Origin: Bacteroidota bacterium
GTDB taxonomy: Bacteria > Bacteroidota > Ignavibacteria > Kapaibacteriales > UBA2268
Reading direction: 5' to 3'
Assembly (NCBI GenBank): GCA_048267165.1
Contig: JBLWYD010000008.1
Coordinates: 34,806 to 98,805, forward strand
DNA length: 64,000 nt
Under the pieces are notes generated by a model, which saw only the letters and a list, made by a program, of their open reading frames with translations, was not told the origin of the DNA and ran no database searches. This document shows positions 35,619-45,234 of this stretch, piece by piece (positions within the stretch are counted from its first letter, which is position 1; each line of letters starts with the position of its first letter). Position numbers and translations under genes: made by a program.

Positions 35619-36320
35619 ATGATAAAATCAATCGCTTTATTATTAGTATTATTCCAACTTACTATCTTTGCTCAAGACAAAGACGTTAAAACTATCCTGA
35701 AGAAGAAGGAACAACGCTCTTCATTCGAAGTATTCACCAAAGATAGTACCGATACCAAAATACCCGGAATAGAAAATAGGACTTCAGAGTCACAAGATAG
35801 TGCTTATGCCCAAGCAATGAGGATGAAGTTACCCGTAGAATTGCGACTACGTTACGACCTTATGAACATAGGTTATACTCTCATAAGCTTAGACCCAGAA
35901 GCAGAGAAAACAGGTATGGATTACATACCCACTGATGCTTTCAAACCCGACCCTAATATGATAGTACAGAGACAAGAGAACTTGATGCGTGCTTTTGAAG
36001 TGCCTTATGCTCGTACATACAACCCGTACGGAATGCGTATGTCATTTTCTGATATAGCTAGTTTTTTCGGACTATCGGAAGACTATAGCGGGAATATAAA
36101 ATTCAAAGTTGATCACTACACAGAAGTAGAAGTAGTTATATACTCAATCCAAGCGGTAGTAGTAGCGACTATCTTCAAAGGGCATTTGCCACCGGGTAGC
36201 TACCAACGTACTTGGACTGGCAGAGACGAGAACGGTAGAAAGCTCCCACCCGGTGATTATATAGGTGAAGTTCGTATAAAGGGTGAGAATTCGTACAGAA
36301 AACAGATTATAATTCGATAG
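35619..36320 (+). CDS. Secreted protein with a FlgD-Ig-like / T9SS-type C-terminal domain
   Basis: Signal peptide MIKSIALLLVLFQLTIFAQ from the ATG at 35619. C-terminus GSYQRTWTGRDENGRKLPPGDYIGEVRI is typical of FlgD-Ig-like sorting domains. Confidence 0.55.
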   Translation: MIKSIALLLVLFQLTIFAQDKDVKTILKKKEQRSSFEVFTKDSTDTKIPGIENRTSESQDSAYAQAMRMKLPVELRLRYDLMNIGYTLISLDPEAEKTGMDYIPTDAFKPDPNMIVQRQENLMRAFEVPYARTYNPYGMRMSFSDIASFFGLSEDYSGNIKFKVDHYTEVEVVIYSIQAVVVATIFKGHLPPGSYQRTWTGRDENGRKLPPGDYIGEVRIKGENSYRKQIIIR

Positions 36321-36359
36321 AAAAAACTGGTTATTGCAAATCTTAACGGAGTTACCAAG

Positions 36360-36760
36360 TATAGCCACAGAGTGGCGACTGTCCTCCGCTGGCGGAGGTG
36401 GCTAACGCCGTAGGTGTTAGACGGAGGTGGACAAAAGAAGACAAACTTTTTTATTTGTCCTCCTCAGTCAGAACAAGTTCTGCCAGCTCCTCCAGAGGAG
36501 CACAATTTGAGAATTATTCTGGTCCATTCTATTAATCCTTAAATCAAGTAAATCCATATTCAGACTAATGGACTCTTCACTCCATTTCATTCCGTTCAGA
36601 GTGACGTGTATTCACGAACCCTGTGTCCATTGTGTCAAAAGTTGAAAGTCGCAACTTCGTGGGCTGTGTGTTAAAACAATCCTGAAAATCCATAAATCCT
36701 GAAAATCCTGATTCTGACATTTTGGAGACGTATTCAATACGTCTCTACAAGAATCAGTAA
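36360..36760. repeat. About 400-bp mosaic of short palindromes and micro-tandem repeats in a convergent intergenic region
   Basis: cctccgc-tg-gcggagg (36383-36398). cggaggtgg occurs twice (36394, 36422). Hairpin gacaaa...tttgtc (36440-36459). gctcctc-ca-gaggagc (36486-36501). Stem tcactc...gagtga (36577-36604). atcctgaaa-type tandem (36678-36719). gagacgtatt-ca-aatacgtctc (36725-36746). Confidence 0.75.
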
Positions 36761-36762
36761 CA

Positions 36763-36797
36763 CCAAAAAAAAGCGATAACAAATTAATGCTATCGCT
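36763..36797 (-). terminator. Rho-independent terminator of tig
   Basis: Stem agcgata / tatcgct, with a U8 run on the minus strand. Confidence 0.8.
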
Positions 36798-36827
36798 TCT
36801 TTTAGTCTTTCTTATAATCGTTATAGT

Positions 36828-38102
36828 TTAGTCTTCTATTCTCTCGTGAGTCTCGAAGTCCACTTCGTTGATAATAGCGAAATCTAATACGAAATCTATT
36901 ACTTTCTTAGATAGTATTTTAGTTAAGAAATTCGGGTTTTGAACAAGTATTTTCTTCATTTGTTCTACGTCCTGTCCGTATCTCTTAGCTTCTTTTTCTA
37001 CTACTGGGTCTATGTCGTAGTCCTCTAATTCAATGCCTTCGTTCTCTATGATTTGGTTACGTACTAGTTCCCATTTCACAGATCTTTCTGCATTAGGTTT
37101 TAGTTGAGTTTGTAGCTCATCGTCAGTCATATTTAACTGCTCTGGGCTCTTCTCATATCTTTGTTTTACGTCTTGAACCATTTGTGATAATACTTGATTT
37201 ACCAATTGCTCTGGAGCAGGTATCTCGTTAGAATCAACAAGAGTTGCAACTATCTGATTTTCAACTAATTCGCGGCTCTTTTTGTCCCACTCATCTTGCA
37301 AGTTGAAGTTAACTTCGTCTTTTAGCTCTTCGGCTTTAGTTATTCTACCACCAGTTACTCTCTCTACAAACTCATCATCTAATACAGCAGGAGTTAACTT
37401 TTTGATATTAGTGATAGTAACTTTGAAGTTCTTATCTTTAATAGTTGGGTTAGCGTCAGCAGCTGTAGGAGTATAATCAAATGAATCACCAACTTTGGTG
37501 TTCAAGATATTGTCTTTCAGCTCTGGTAATATGTTCTTATCAGCTAGGTAAACGTCAGTTTCGTTAGGTTCGCTTAGCTCACCATCTTCGAATATTTCTG
37601 ACATTTCTACTTTTATAACGTGGTGTTCGTCAGTTACTTGCTCTGCTTCTTCTAGTTCGCCATTCTGAGCTAGTATATATTCTAGTTCTTCTTGTACTTC
37701 TTGCTCAGTAACAGAGTGTATTGGCTCATCTATAGTTACGCCTTTGTAATCTTTAAGAGTAATAGTAGGTAGTGTTTCAAACTCTATTACATATTTGATA
37801 CCATTTTCATCTTTTGCTATATCTTTCAACGTAGGAGTACCAAGTACTTGGATATTCTCTTCTTGAGTGAAATTTCTAAATACATCATTCACTATATCTT
37901 GATCAGCATCTGCTTCTATGCCTTTGCCATACATTTTCTTTACCATTTCTATGGGAACTCTACCGTTACGGAAACCCGTTAGTTTTACTTTGGGTTGCAT
38001 TTCTTTGTATGCTTTCTCGTAGTGAGGTTGTAGCTCATCAGTAGTAAGCGTGATAGTTAGTTCTCTTGTACACTCATCTAATTGTTTTATCTCTTTTTCC
38101 AA
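36828..38102 (-). CDS. tig: Trigger factor
   Basis: GFRNGRVPIEMVKKMYGK motif and overall trigger-factor architecture. I prefer the TTG at 38102 (aaagg RBS 9 nt upstream, N-terminus aligns with other trigger factors) over the ORF-track TTG at 38171. Confidence 0.88.
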   Translation of the reverse strand: MEKEIKQLDECTRELTITLTTDELQPHYEKAYKEMQPKVKLTGFRNGRVPIEMVKKMYGKGIEADADQDIVNDVFRNFTQEENIQVLGTPTLKDIAKDENGIKYVIEFETLPTITLKDYKGVTIDEPIHSVTEQEVQEELEYILAQNGELEEAEQVTDEHHVIKVEMSEIFEDGELSEPNETDVYLADKNILPELKDNILNTKVGDSFDYTPTAADANPTIKDKNFKVTITNIKKLTPAVLDDEFVERVTGGRITKAEELKDEVNFNLQDEWDKKSRELVENQIVATLVDSNEIPAPEQLVNQVLSQMVQDVKQRYEKSPEQLNMTDDELQTQLKPNAERSVKWELVRNQIIENEGIELEDYDIDPVVEKEAKRYGQDVEQMKKILVQNPNFLTKILSKKVIDFVLDFAIINEVDFETHERIED

Positions 38103-38219
38103 GACTTTACCTTTATTACAATTTTTGTTCAAAAATAAAAAGTGCTGCTTTTGTAACGAAGCAGCACGCAAAAATAATCTATTCTTATATAATATACTAA
38201 ATTATGAGAAATTTGTATA

Positions 38220-38768
38220 TTATAAATTCTTGTCGCCTGGTTTCCAACCGCATGCAGTTAATCCGCCAGATTGAAGAGCTTGAAGTACTCTTATCGTTTC
38301 TTCAGCACTTCTACCAACCGCTTCGGGGTGGATAACAGAATATTGGATAACGCCATCAGGGTCGATTATATACAATCCTCTTAGTGCGTAGCCAGTTGCT
38401 TCTTTGTAAACTTCGTAGTTACGAGCGTTTTCACCAGTGAAATCAGCTAATAGAGGGTAAGGCAAATCTTTCAAATCTTCTTCGTGTGTTCTCCAAGCTA
38501 AGTGAGAGAACTTAGAATCAGTAGAACAACCGATAACTTCAGTGTTCAATTCTTTGAATTTTTCGATGTGATGACCAAAAGAAGCAATTTCAGTTGGGCA
38601 AACGAAAGTAAAATCAAGTGGGTAAAAATAAAATACTACCCATTTACCTTTATAATCTTCTAAAGAAATATTTTTAAATGCATTATTGGGAGTTAAACTT
38701 GATGAAGGGCCACCAACTACGGCTTCGCCTTTGAATATAGGGGCTTTGTTTCCTACTAATAGAGACAT
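38220..38768 (-). CDS. Typical 2-Cys peroxiredoxin (AhpC/Prx1 subfamily)
   Basis: Peroxidatic motif FTFVCPTE. Resolving Cys in ACGWKPGD near the C-terminus. Confidence 0.88.
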   Translation of the reverse strand: MSLLVGNKAPIFKGEAVVGGPSSSLTPNNAFKNISLEDYKGKWVVFYFYPLDFTFVCPTEIASFGHHIEKFKELNTEVIGCSTDSKFSHLAWRTHEEDLKDLPYPLLADFTGENARNYEVYKEATGYALRGLYIIDPDGVIQYSVIHPEAVGRSAEETIRVLQALQSGGLTACGWKPGDKNL

Positions 38769-38922
38769 ATTATTACCTTATTTTTTAATTAAATTGAGAA
38801 AATATCAAATATATTTACCCATAAAACGAAACTTATAAACTTATAGTGTCTGTTATTATAAATTTTGAATTTGTATATTTGCACCCACGAAAGTTAGAAA
38901 AATAAAAATAATAAGGTTTTAG

Positions 38923-41346
38923 ATGCCCAAATCATTAGTAATAGTCGAGTCACCTGCAAAAGCAAAAACGATTGAGAAGTACCTCGACGAGATAGATAAA
39001 GGAAAGTTTATAGTAAAATCATCGATTGGTCATATAAGAGATTTGGCAAAAAAAGATATGTCGATAGATATCGAAAATGGATTTGAACCTAGATATGAGA
39101 TTAGTCCAGACAAGAAAAAAACAGTAGCCGAACTAAAAAAACTATCCAAGCAAAGCGACACAGTGTGGTTAGCGACGGACGAGGATAGAGAGGGTGAGGC
39201 AATTGCGTGGCACTTGCTAGAGGCATTAGATTTGGATGAATCGAAAACTAGGCGAATAGTATTCAACGAGATTACTAAAAAAGCTATCCAAAAAGCAATC
39301 GAGAATCCACGTACAGTAAACAAAGAATTAGTAAACGCACAGCAAGCAAGAAGAATACTAGACAGATTAGTAGGGTATGAACTTTCTCCAGTATTATGGA
39401 AGAAAGTGAAGTACGGACTAAGTGCTGGTAGAGTACAATCAGTTGCTGTTCGTATAATAGTAGAAAGAGAACGTGAGATAGAAAGCCACGTACCCGATGT
39501 AACTTACAAGCTAATAGGTGATTTTGTTACTGAAAACGGTGACGAGTTCAAAGCTGAACTAAGAGAAAAATTCGACAAAAAAGAAGATGCATTGGCTTAC
39601 TTAAATACTGCAGTAGGCAAGAAATTCTTTATAAAAGATTTGAAAATCAAACCGGGTAAAAGGTCACCACAAGCACCATTTACTACTTCCAAATTGCAAC
39701 AAGAAGCATCGGCAAAATTGGGCTTTTCTGTAAAGCAAACAATGGTTGTAGCACAGAAACTATACGAAGCCGGTAAGATTACTTATATGAGAACGGATTC
39801 GACAAATCTATCAGATGATGCACTCAATGCAACTGGTAGTTATATCAATTCTAGTTTTGGTGCAAAATACCACGAGCGAAGAACGTTCAAGACTAAGTCT
39901 AAAGGTGCACAAGAGGCCCACGAAGCGATTAGACCAACAGATGTGACTGTTCCTTCAATCAATAGTGGAAATAACGGTCAAGACAAGCTATATGAGTTAA
40001 TCTGGAAACGTACTATGGCATCGCAAATGGCAGATGCTGAACTAGAAAGAACAACTGCTGATATTGGATTCGAGAATAATGATAAAGATTTCGTTGCAAA
40101 AGGCGAAGTTATCAAGTTTGATGGTTTCCTAAAAGTATATCCTGAAGTTAGAAAAGACGGTAAAATATTACCAGCTATGGCTAAAGGTCAGAAACTTGAT
40201 GTTAATCAGATTGTTGGTCGCGAGACATTCAGCCGCTCACCTGCTCGCTACACAGAGGCGACTCTTGTTCGTACTCTTGAGGAAATGGGTATTGGACGTC
40301 CATCTACTTATGCTCCTACTATCTCGACTATTCAGAATAGAGAGTATGTAGAAAAAACGGATAAAGATGGTGTAGAAAGAGAGTATACGCAAGTTCAAAT
40401 GGTAAACGATAATGTAAGCGAAGAAAAACTAACAGAGACAACTGGGCAAGAACGTAATAAGCTATTCCCTACTGATGTTGGGAAAGTAGTAACTGATTTC
40501 CTTGTAAAGCACTTCACTGAGATAGTCGATTTTGATTTCACCAAGAACGTGGAAGAAGAGTTTGACAAAATTGCAGAAGGACAAAAACAGTGGAATGAAA
40601 TGATTTCCAATTTCTACACTGGATTCCACGAGACAGTAGAAAAATCAGAAGATATTAGTAAGAAAGATGCAATCAACGCTCGTTTACTAGGTGATGACCC
40701 TAAATCGGGTCGCCCTGTTTACGCACGTATAGGTAGATATGGTGCTATGCTACAGATGGGAGAAAACGAGGACGAAGAAAAGCCACGTTTCGCATCGCTT
40801 ATGCCTAGCCAAAGTATTGAGACTATCTCGCTAGAAGAAGCTCTGGAAATGTTCAAATTACCAAGAGTAATCGGGCAAAATGAAGATGGTAAAGATGTAA
40901 AAACTAATATTGGTCGATTTGGTCCTTATGTTCAGATTGATAAAACTTATGCATCTATTACTCACGAAGAGATTTTCACTGTAACGCTAGAAGAAGCATT
41001 ACAGAAAGTCAAAGACAAGATAGAGCTGAAAAGCAAAAATACTCTTCAAGAATTCGACGATGGTATAAAAGTACTGAACGGACGTTATGGCCCTTATGTA
41101 ACTGATGGAAAAGTCAATGCGAAAATACCAAAGGATAAAACTCCTGAAGACTTGACTCACGAAGAGTGTAAAGTATTAATAGCAGAAGCTCCTGCCAAAA
41201 AAGGTAGAGGCGGACGTACAACCAAAGCCGCTGCTAAGAAGCCAGCTGTAAAGAAAACAACAGCTAAGAAACCTGCCGCAAAGAAGAAGCCAGCAGCAAA
41301 GAAACCGGCGGCTAAAAAACCTGCCGCAAAGAAAAAAGATAGCTAA
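38923..41346 (+). CDS. topA: DNA topoisomerase I with Cys-free C-terminal repeats and a lysine-rich tail
   Basis: TOPRIM N-terminus LVIVESPAKAKTI. Active-site region ITYMRTDS. C-terminal GR(F/Y)GPYV repeats. Tail of AKKPAAKK repeats. Confidence 0.93.
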   Translation: MPKSLVIVESPAKAKTIEKYLDEIDKGKFIVKSSIGHIRDLAKKDMSIDIENGFEPRYEISPDKKKTVAELKKLSKQSDTVWLATDEDREGEAIAWHLLEALDLDESKTRRIVFNEITKKAIQKAIENPRTVNKELVNAQQARRILDRLVGYELSPVLWKKVKYGLSAGRVQSVAVRIIVEREREIESHVPDVTYKLIGDFVTENGDEFKAELREKFDKKEDALAYLNTAVGKKFFIKDLKIKPGKRSPQAPFTTSKLQQEASAKLGFSVKQTMVVAQKLYEAGKITYMRTDSTNLSDDALNATGSYINSSFGAKYHERRTFKTKSKGAQEAHEAIRPTDVTVPSINSGNNGQDKLYELIWKRTMASQMADAELERTTADIGFENNDKDFVAKGEVIKFDGFLKVYPEVRKDGKILPAMAKGQKLDVNQIVGRETFSRSPARYTEATLVRTLEEMGIGRPSTYAPTISTIQNREYVEKTDKDGVEREYTQVQMVNDNVSEEKLTETTGQERNKLFPTDVGKVVTDFLVKHFTEIVDFDFTKNVEEEFDKIAEGQKQWNEMISNFYTGFHETVEKSEDISKKDAINARLLGDDPKSGRPVYARIGRYGAMLQMGENEDEEKPRFASLMPSQSIETISLEEALEMFKLPRVIGQNEDGKDVKTNIGRFGPYVQIDKTYASITHEEIFTVTLEEALQKVKDKIELKSKNTLQEFDDGIKVLNGRYGPYVTDGKVNAKIPKDKTPEDLTHEECKVLIAEAPAKKGRGGRTTKAAAKKPAVKKTTAKKPAAKKKPAAKKPAAKKPAAKKKDS

Positions 41347-41370
41347 TATAATTTGAAATTTATGAAGTTT

Positions 41371-41398
41371 AAAAAAGGAGCCTCTGGCTCCTTTTTTT
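41371..41398. terminator. Bidirectional rho-independent terminator
   Basis: A6 + ggagcc-tct-ggctcc + T7. Confidence 0.85.
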
Positions 41399-41490
41399 GA
41401 ATTAAATATAAATTTTCTTCAGCAAGGCGACATACATTGGGCCTGTCAAGCTAACGGCAATACAATTGAAACTTTTTTTGATAGCAACAA

Positions 41491-43224
41491 CTACTTAGCC
41501 ATTTCTTCTCTAACATTTGGTATTAGCACCTCACCTCTTAAATCACTCGACTCTATATCTATAAATTCTCCTTTTGGATCAATAAGGAATAGCGTAGGAT
41601 AAGATTTTACTCCATACTTCTCTATTATACCTTCGGCATAATCTTCTAACTCGACAGTGTTAATCCAAGTGATTTTATTTTTATTAATATAGTCTGTAAG
41701 TGGTGTCATACTCTTATCGCTCGATATACTTATTATTTCAAAGCTATCTTTACTAATCTCTTTGTAAGCTTCTAACAAATATGGTGTATCTATCCTACAA
41801 GGAACGCACCATGTACCCCAAAAATCTAGAATGACCCACTTGCCTTTGAATTCTGAAAGTTTATGATTTTTGCCATCAAGCGATTTGAATGAAAAATCGG
41901 GTGCTTCTTTTGACATTTTTAACTTTATAGCCATTAATGACTTTTTAATAATTCCTTTGGTCCACTCAAAAGTATCTTCTGATTTAAGAAGTGATTCTAA
42001 TTCTGTTTTAGCCAAATTCAGATATTTCAAGTTATCCGATAACTTACTAGTAGCTAACTTAGAGTATAACATATATCGGAGGTCATTTCTTGCTATGGGG
42101 TCTTTTGTCCTGGAGATAATCTTTTCAATATAATTCAATGATTCATCAGGGTTATTATAGAATTCTTTGCTATAAACATAAGTCACAATCTCTGATTTGA
42201 AATCTATTGGAACTTCATTTGATGATTCGATTGCACTTTTAACAGCACTTAGTGTATATTCGGTAGCTGGGCCTTTTAGCACATCAAGTTTTAAATAAGT
42301 CAAATAATCATACAAGTATGGGGACTTTATAATATTCATTAAACTATCATTTACTCTCATAAATGTATTGTAATCATTGATAACCTTTTGCTTCATCGAA
42401 TCGAGTTTTTCTTTAGGTAGGTCTTTTATAACATCAGGATATGTTTGTCTAACAATAAATGTATAATTTGGATTTAGTTGAGTTATTGTATTCTTAGGTA
42501 ATAGTTCAATAATCTCAGAGTATTGATGATTTACTGGGGAATTTACCCATACAGAACTTGATTCCTTAGTATCAGTATCTGGGCTTTGATATTTAGCAAA
42601 ATCAACTTCAAAATGAATGGATTGAGAACCAATAATCATATTTGGTTTATAAATATCATCCTCTGTAAATTCTAAAGGTTCTTTAGTGTCTAAGGGCGTG
42701 AATTTTTCATCATTGAGTAAATAATAATATTGAACAGTATCACCAATTTTTAAATTAAGCCCTTTCAATTCGTTCGAGTTAAAATCAAATATAGTTTCAT
42801 ATATACTATTCTCAATAGGTATCGATATAGGAACTATAATATCATTTTTTGAGATAACTATTTTAGCAGAGTCTAGTTTATCAGTGAGTAAATTTCTAGT
42901 TAATATGGATTTGATGCTTGGGTTTTTATCTCCCCTTATATACTCGAGAGTTGAAGTCTTATAGTTAGGCGAAGAAATAATAATATTAGCATTAAGAATA
43001 TAATCAGGGAATTCTAAACTATAAATTCCGTGTTTGTCTGATTTCGCTTCGTCAATTAATATATTTCCTTTGATAGAATTACCATAATAGACAGCAAAAA
43101 CTCTAATCTCTTCTTTATCACCCTCTTCTAAGTTGACTTGAATACTTATTAAAGTTTTATCATTTTCACATTCTAGATTATAGTTTGCAAGAAAAATGGC
43201 TAGAAGAAAAATTATGATTTTCAT
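41491..43224 (-). CDS. TlpA/ResA-like thiol-disulfide oxidoreductase with a large N-terminal region (paralog 1, very AT-rich)
   Basis: C-terminal thioredoxin fold with DFWGTWCVPC. About 440 aa of N-terminal sequence with no assigned function. Signal peptide. Confidence 0.7.
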   Translation of the reverse strand: MKIIIFLLAIFLANYNLECENDKTLISIQVNLEEGDKEEIRVFAVYYGNSIKGNILIDEAKSDKHGIYSLEFPDYILNANIIISSPNYKTSTLEYIRGDKNPSIKSILTRNLLTDKLDSAKIVISKNDIIVPISIPIENSIYETIFDFNSNELKGLNLKIGDTVQYYYLLNDEKFTPLDTKEPLEFTEDDIYKPNMIIGSQSIHFEVDFAKYQSPDTDTKESSSVWVNSPVNHQYSEIIELLPKNTITQLNPNYTFIVRQTYPDVIKDLPKEKLDSMKQKVINDYNTFMRVNDSLMNIIKSPYLYDYLTYLKLDVLKGPATEYTLSAVKSAIESSNEVPIDFKSEIVTYVYSKEFYNNPDESLNYIEKIISRTKDPIARNDLRYMLYSKLATSKLSDNLKYLNLAKTELESLLKSEDTFEWTKGIIKKSLMAIKLKMSKEAPDFSFKSLDGKNHKLSEFKGKWVILDFWGTWCVPCRIDTPYLLEAYKEISKDSFEIISISSDKSMTPLTDYINKNKITWINTVELEDYAEGIIEKYGVKSYPTLFLIDPKGEFIDIESSDLRGEVLIPNVREEMAK

Positions 43225-43275
43225 ATTAGATACCTCTTGTTTTTTTAATCATACGTGAAATATGTTTGTTAAGTT

Positions 43276-45024
43276 CTACTCCTTCTCCAACTTCGCTCTG
43301 AGTGTAGGTAATAGTAACTCGCCTCGTAGCTCGTGGGCTTTCAACTTTACGAACTTACCAGTTGGGTCTATTAGCATCATTGTCGGGAAGCTGGTTATGC
43401 CGTATTGCTCGAGTACTCCTTTGGCATATCCGCTAAGAGCGACTGTGTTCGTCCACTTCATTTCATTCTTCTTTACGTAATCGCTGACTATCTCTACACT
43501 GCGGTCGTTAGCAATACTTATCATCTCGAATTTCTCATCGCTGAGGATATTATATGCATCTACCAAAAACGGTGTTTCCATAACACAAGGGCCACACCAA
43601 GTCCCCCAGAAATCGAGCAATACCCATTTACCTCTGTATTCCGATAGCTTTCTTTCTTTTCCATCTATTGTCTTGAAAGAAAAGTCTGGTGCATAGCTCA
43701 TAGTGTCTAGTTCTAGCTGGGCTAGGGTCTTTGGTATTCCTGTTTTTGGCCAACTGTCTAGGTCATCGTACTCGGCTAATTCTTTGAGGTTTTTTATTAG
43801 GTATTCCCTATATTTTGGGTCTTTTAATATCTCGTTGGTTGCTAATCGGGAGTATAGCCCATATCTAAGGTAATAGTTATTTCGTTTGTTCTTTGATTTT
43901 GCAAATAGTGCTTCGAGTATATCTAGATAATACTGTGGGTTATCTTTGAATTCTTTGGTGTTTATCACATCGTTGAACTCAGCATAAAATACCGTCGGCA
44001 GCATCTGCAATGTTTGCAGTATCTCATACTTATCTTCCCAAGACTTGAGCGAATCAGGAGCACTGAGCAAATCCATTTTCGTTAGATTCAGATAGTCTGT
44101 TAGATAGGGCGAATCCACTATTGCCAGCAAGCTATCATTAGTGCTGATATACCTACGGAACTTCATAATAGTCCCCATTTTTCGGCGATCTAGCTCAGCC
44201 GAATCGAGGTTCTTTATTGCTTCATTGTTATACTGCATTACATAATAATAGAAATTCTGTCTCAAGCGAGAAACCTCAGGTAGTGGCAACAATCTAAGAA
44301 CCTCATTGTACTGGGTATTCACCGGTGAATTCACCCATTTGCCTACGCTTGGTCTTTGCTCTTCGGGGTCATCGGAATACCTATATTGTGATAGGTCAAT
44401 ACTAAATGAAAGTATTTTTTTCTTAGTTACGGCAACCGCATAGTAATCGCCATTATTATCGTATTTCCATTTCCCTTTGTGTTCTGCTGGTGTGTTTGAA
44501 CTTTCACGGAAGAATAGAGTATATTTTACAGTATCTTCGCCTTTACCAACTAGATTAGCATATTTCTTATCATTGAAATCGACTCGGAGCTTAACGAATC
44601 TGGAATAACCTATTTTCAGTTTTTCCATTGTCCTGCCCTTGCTCGTGTATATCATCACCCCTACGGAATCGAATTTCTCTGGGACAGCACGGGTTAGGAG
44701 TATAGCTTCTACTCTGGGGTTTGTGTCACCCTCTATGTAATTGGTTATATACGATTGATACCCAGGGGCAGCGAGGTGAATAGCAGCATAGTTGATACTA
44801 GTTGGTATTGGCACTTTGAACTCACCATTCGGCTCTGCTTGGACTATTTTCATCAGGTTATCATCACTACTTCCGAAGCGATTATAATAGATATAGACCT
44901 CTCTTTTGGCGTCTCCCCCATCGGCTAGAGTGATTTTACCAGTTATGTATTTCATCTCTTCTTCGCTGTACAAAGAGAGGGAGAAACAGACTAATAGTCC
45001 GAATATTATGTATAATCTCTTCAT
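43276..45024 (-). CDS. TlpA/ResA-like thiol-disulfide oxidoreductase with a large N-terminal region (paralog 2)
   Basis: DFWGTWCGPC. Colinear with paralog 1 (WVNSPVN.QY, NDSL, SPYL.DYL, APDFSFK). ATG at 45024 gives the signal peptide MKRLYIIFGLLVCFSLSLYS. Confidence 0.7.
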   Translation of the reverse strand: MKRLYIIFGLLVCFSLSLYSEEEMKYITGKITLADGGDAKREVYIYYNRFGSSDDNLMKIVQAEPNGEFKVPIPTSINYAAIHLAAPGYQSYITNYIEGDTNPRVEAILLTRAVPEKFDSVGVMIYTSKGRTMEKLKIGYSRFVKLRVDFNDKKYANLVGKGEDTVKYTLFFRESSNTPAEHKGKWKYDNNGDYYAVAVTKKKILSFSIDLSQYRYSDDPEEQRPSVGKWVNSPVNTQYNEVLRLLPLPEVSRLRQNFYYYVMQYNNEAIKNLDSAELDRRKMGTIMKFRRYISTNDSLLAIVDSPYLTDYLNLTKMDLLSAPDSLKSWEDKYEILQTLQMLPTVFYAEFNDVINTKEFKDNPQYYLDILEALFAKSKNKRNNYYLRYGLYSRLATNEILKDPKYREYLIKNLKELAEYDDLDSWPKTGIPKTLAQLELDTMSYAPDFSFKTIDGKERKLSEYRGKWVLLDFWGTWCGPCVMETPFLVDAYNILSDEKFEMISIANDRSVEIVSDYVKKNEMKWTNTVALSGYAKGVLEQYGITSFPTMMLIDPTGKFVKLKAHELRGELLLPTLRAKLEKE

Positions 45025-45234
45025 CAGAAATTCCAATATTGCTTCATAATAACAAGATACAAAAAGTAAATTTACAAAATATTAATGGAGTAAGGAAATG
45101 TGTGGCGAATGTTGTTTTTTGCATTATGAATTTATTTATTTGAATCTATTTTTGTAATTTCAATTATCGATTGAAGATTTAGACAGTATTTTTTCAAATA
45201 GATTTCAAGTAATTATTCAACTACGAGGTAAATT

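Noticed and set aside
36144-36368. 74-aa minus-strand ORF spanning the end of the FlgD-Ig-like gene
   Set aside because: It is antisense to a gene with a recognisable C-terminal domain and runs into the repeat mosaic. It has no RBS.
36678-36719. atcctgaaa / atccataa micro-repeats as a possible CRISPR array
   Set aside because: The units are about 9-11 bp with no unique spacers and there are no cas genes in the window. I treat them as part of the REP-like mosaic.
38769-38922. PerR/OxyR-type operator in the peroxiredoxin-topA divergent spacer
   Set aside because: Only AT-rich partial half-sites are present (ttattataa, ttataaacttatag), indistinguishable from background in this AT-rich genome.
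41220-41343. Short nucleotide repeats that could be mistaken for a tandem array or mini-CRISPR
   Set aside because: They are in frame within topA and simply encode the AKKPAAKK tail. There is no spacer-repeat architecture.
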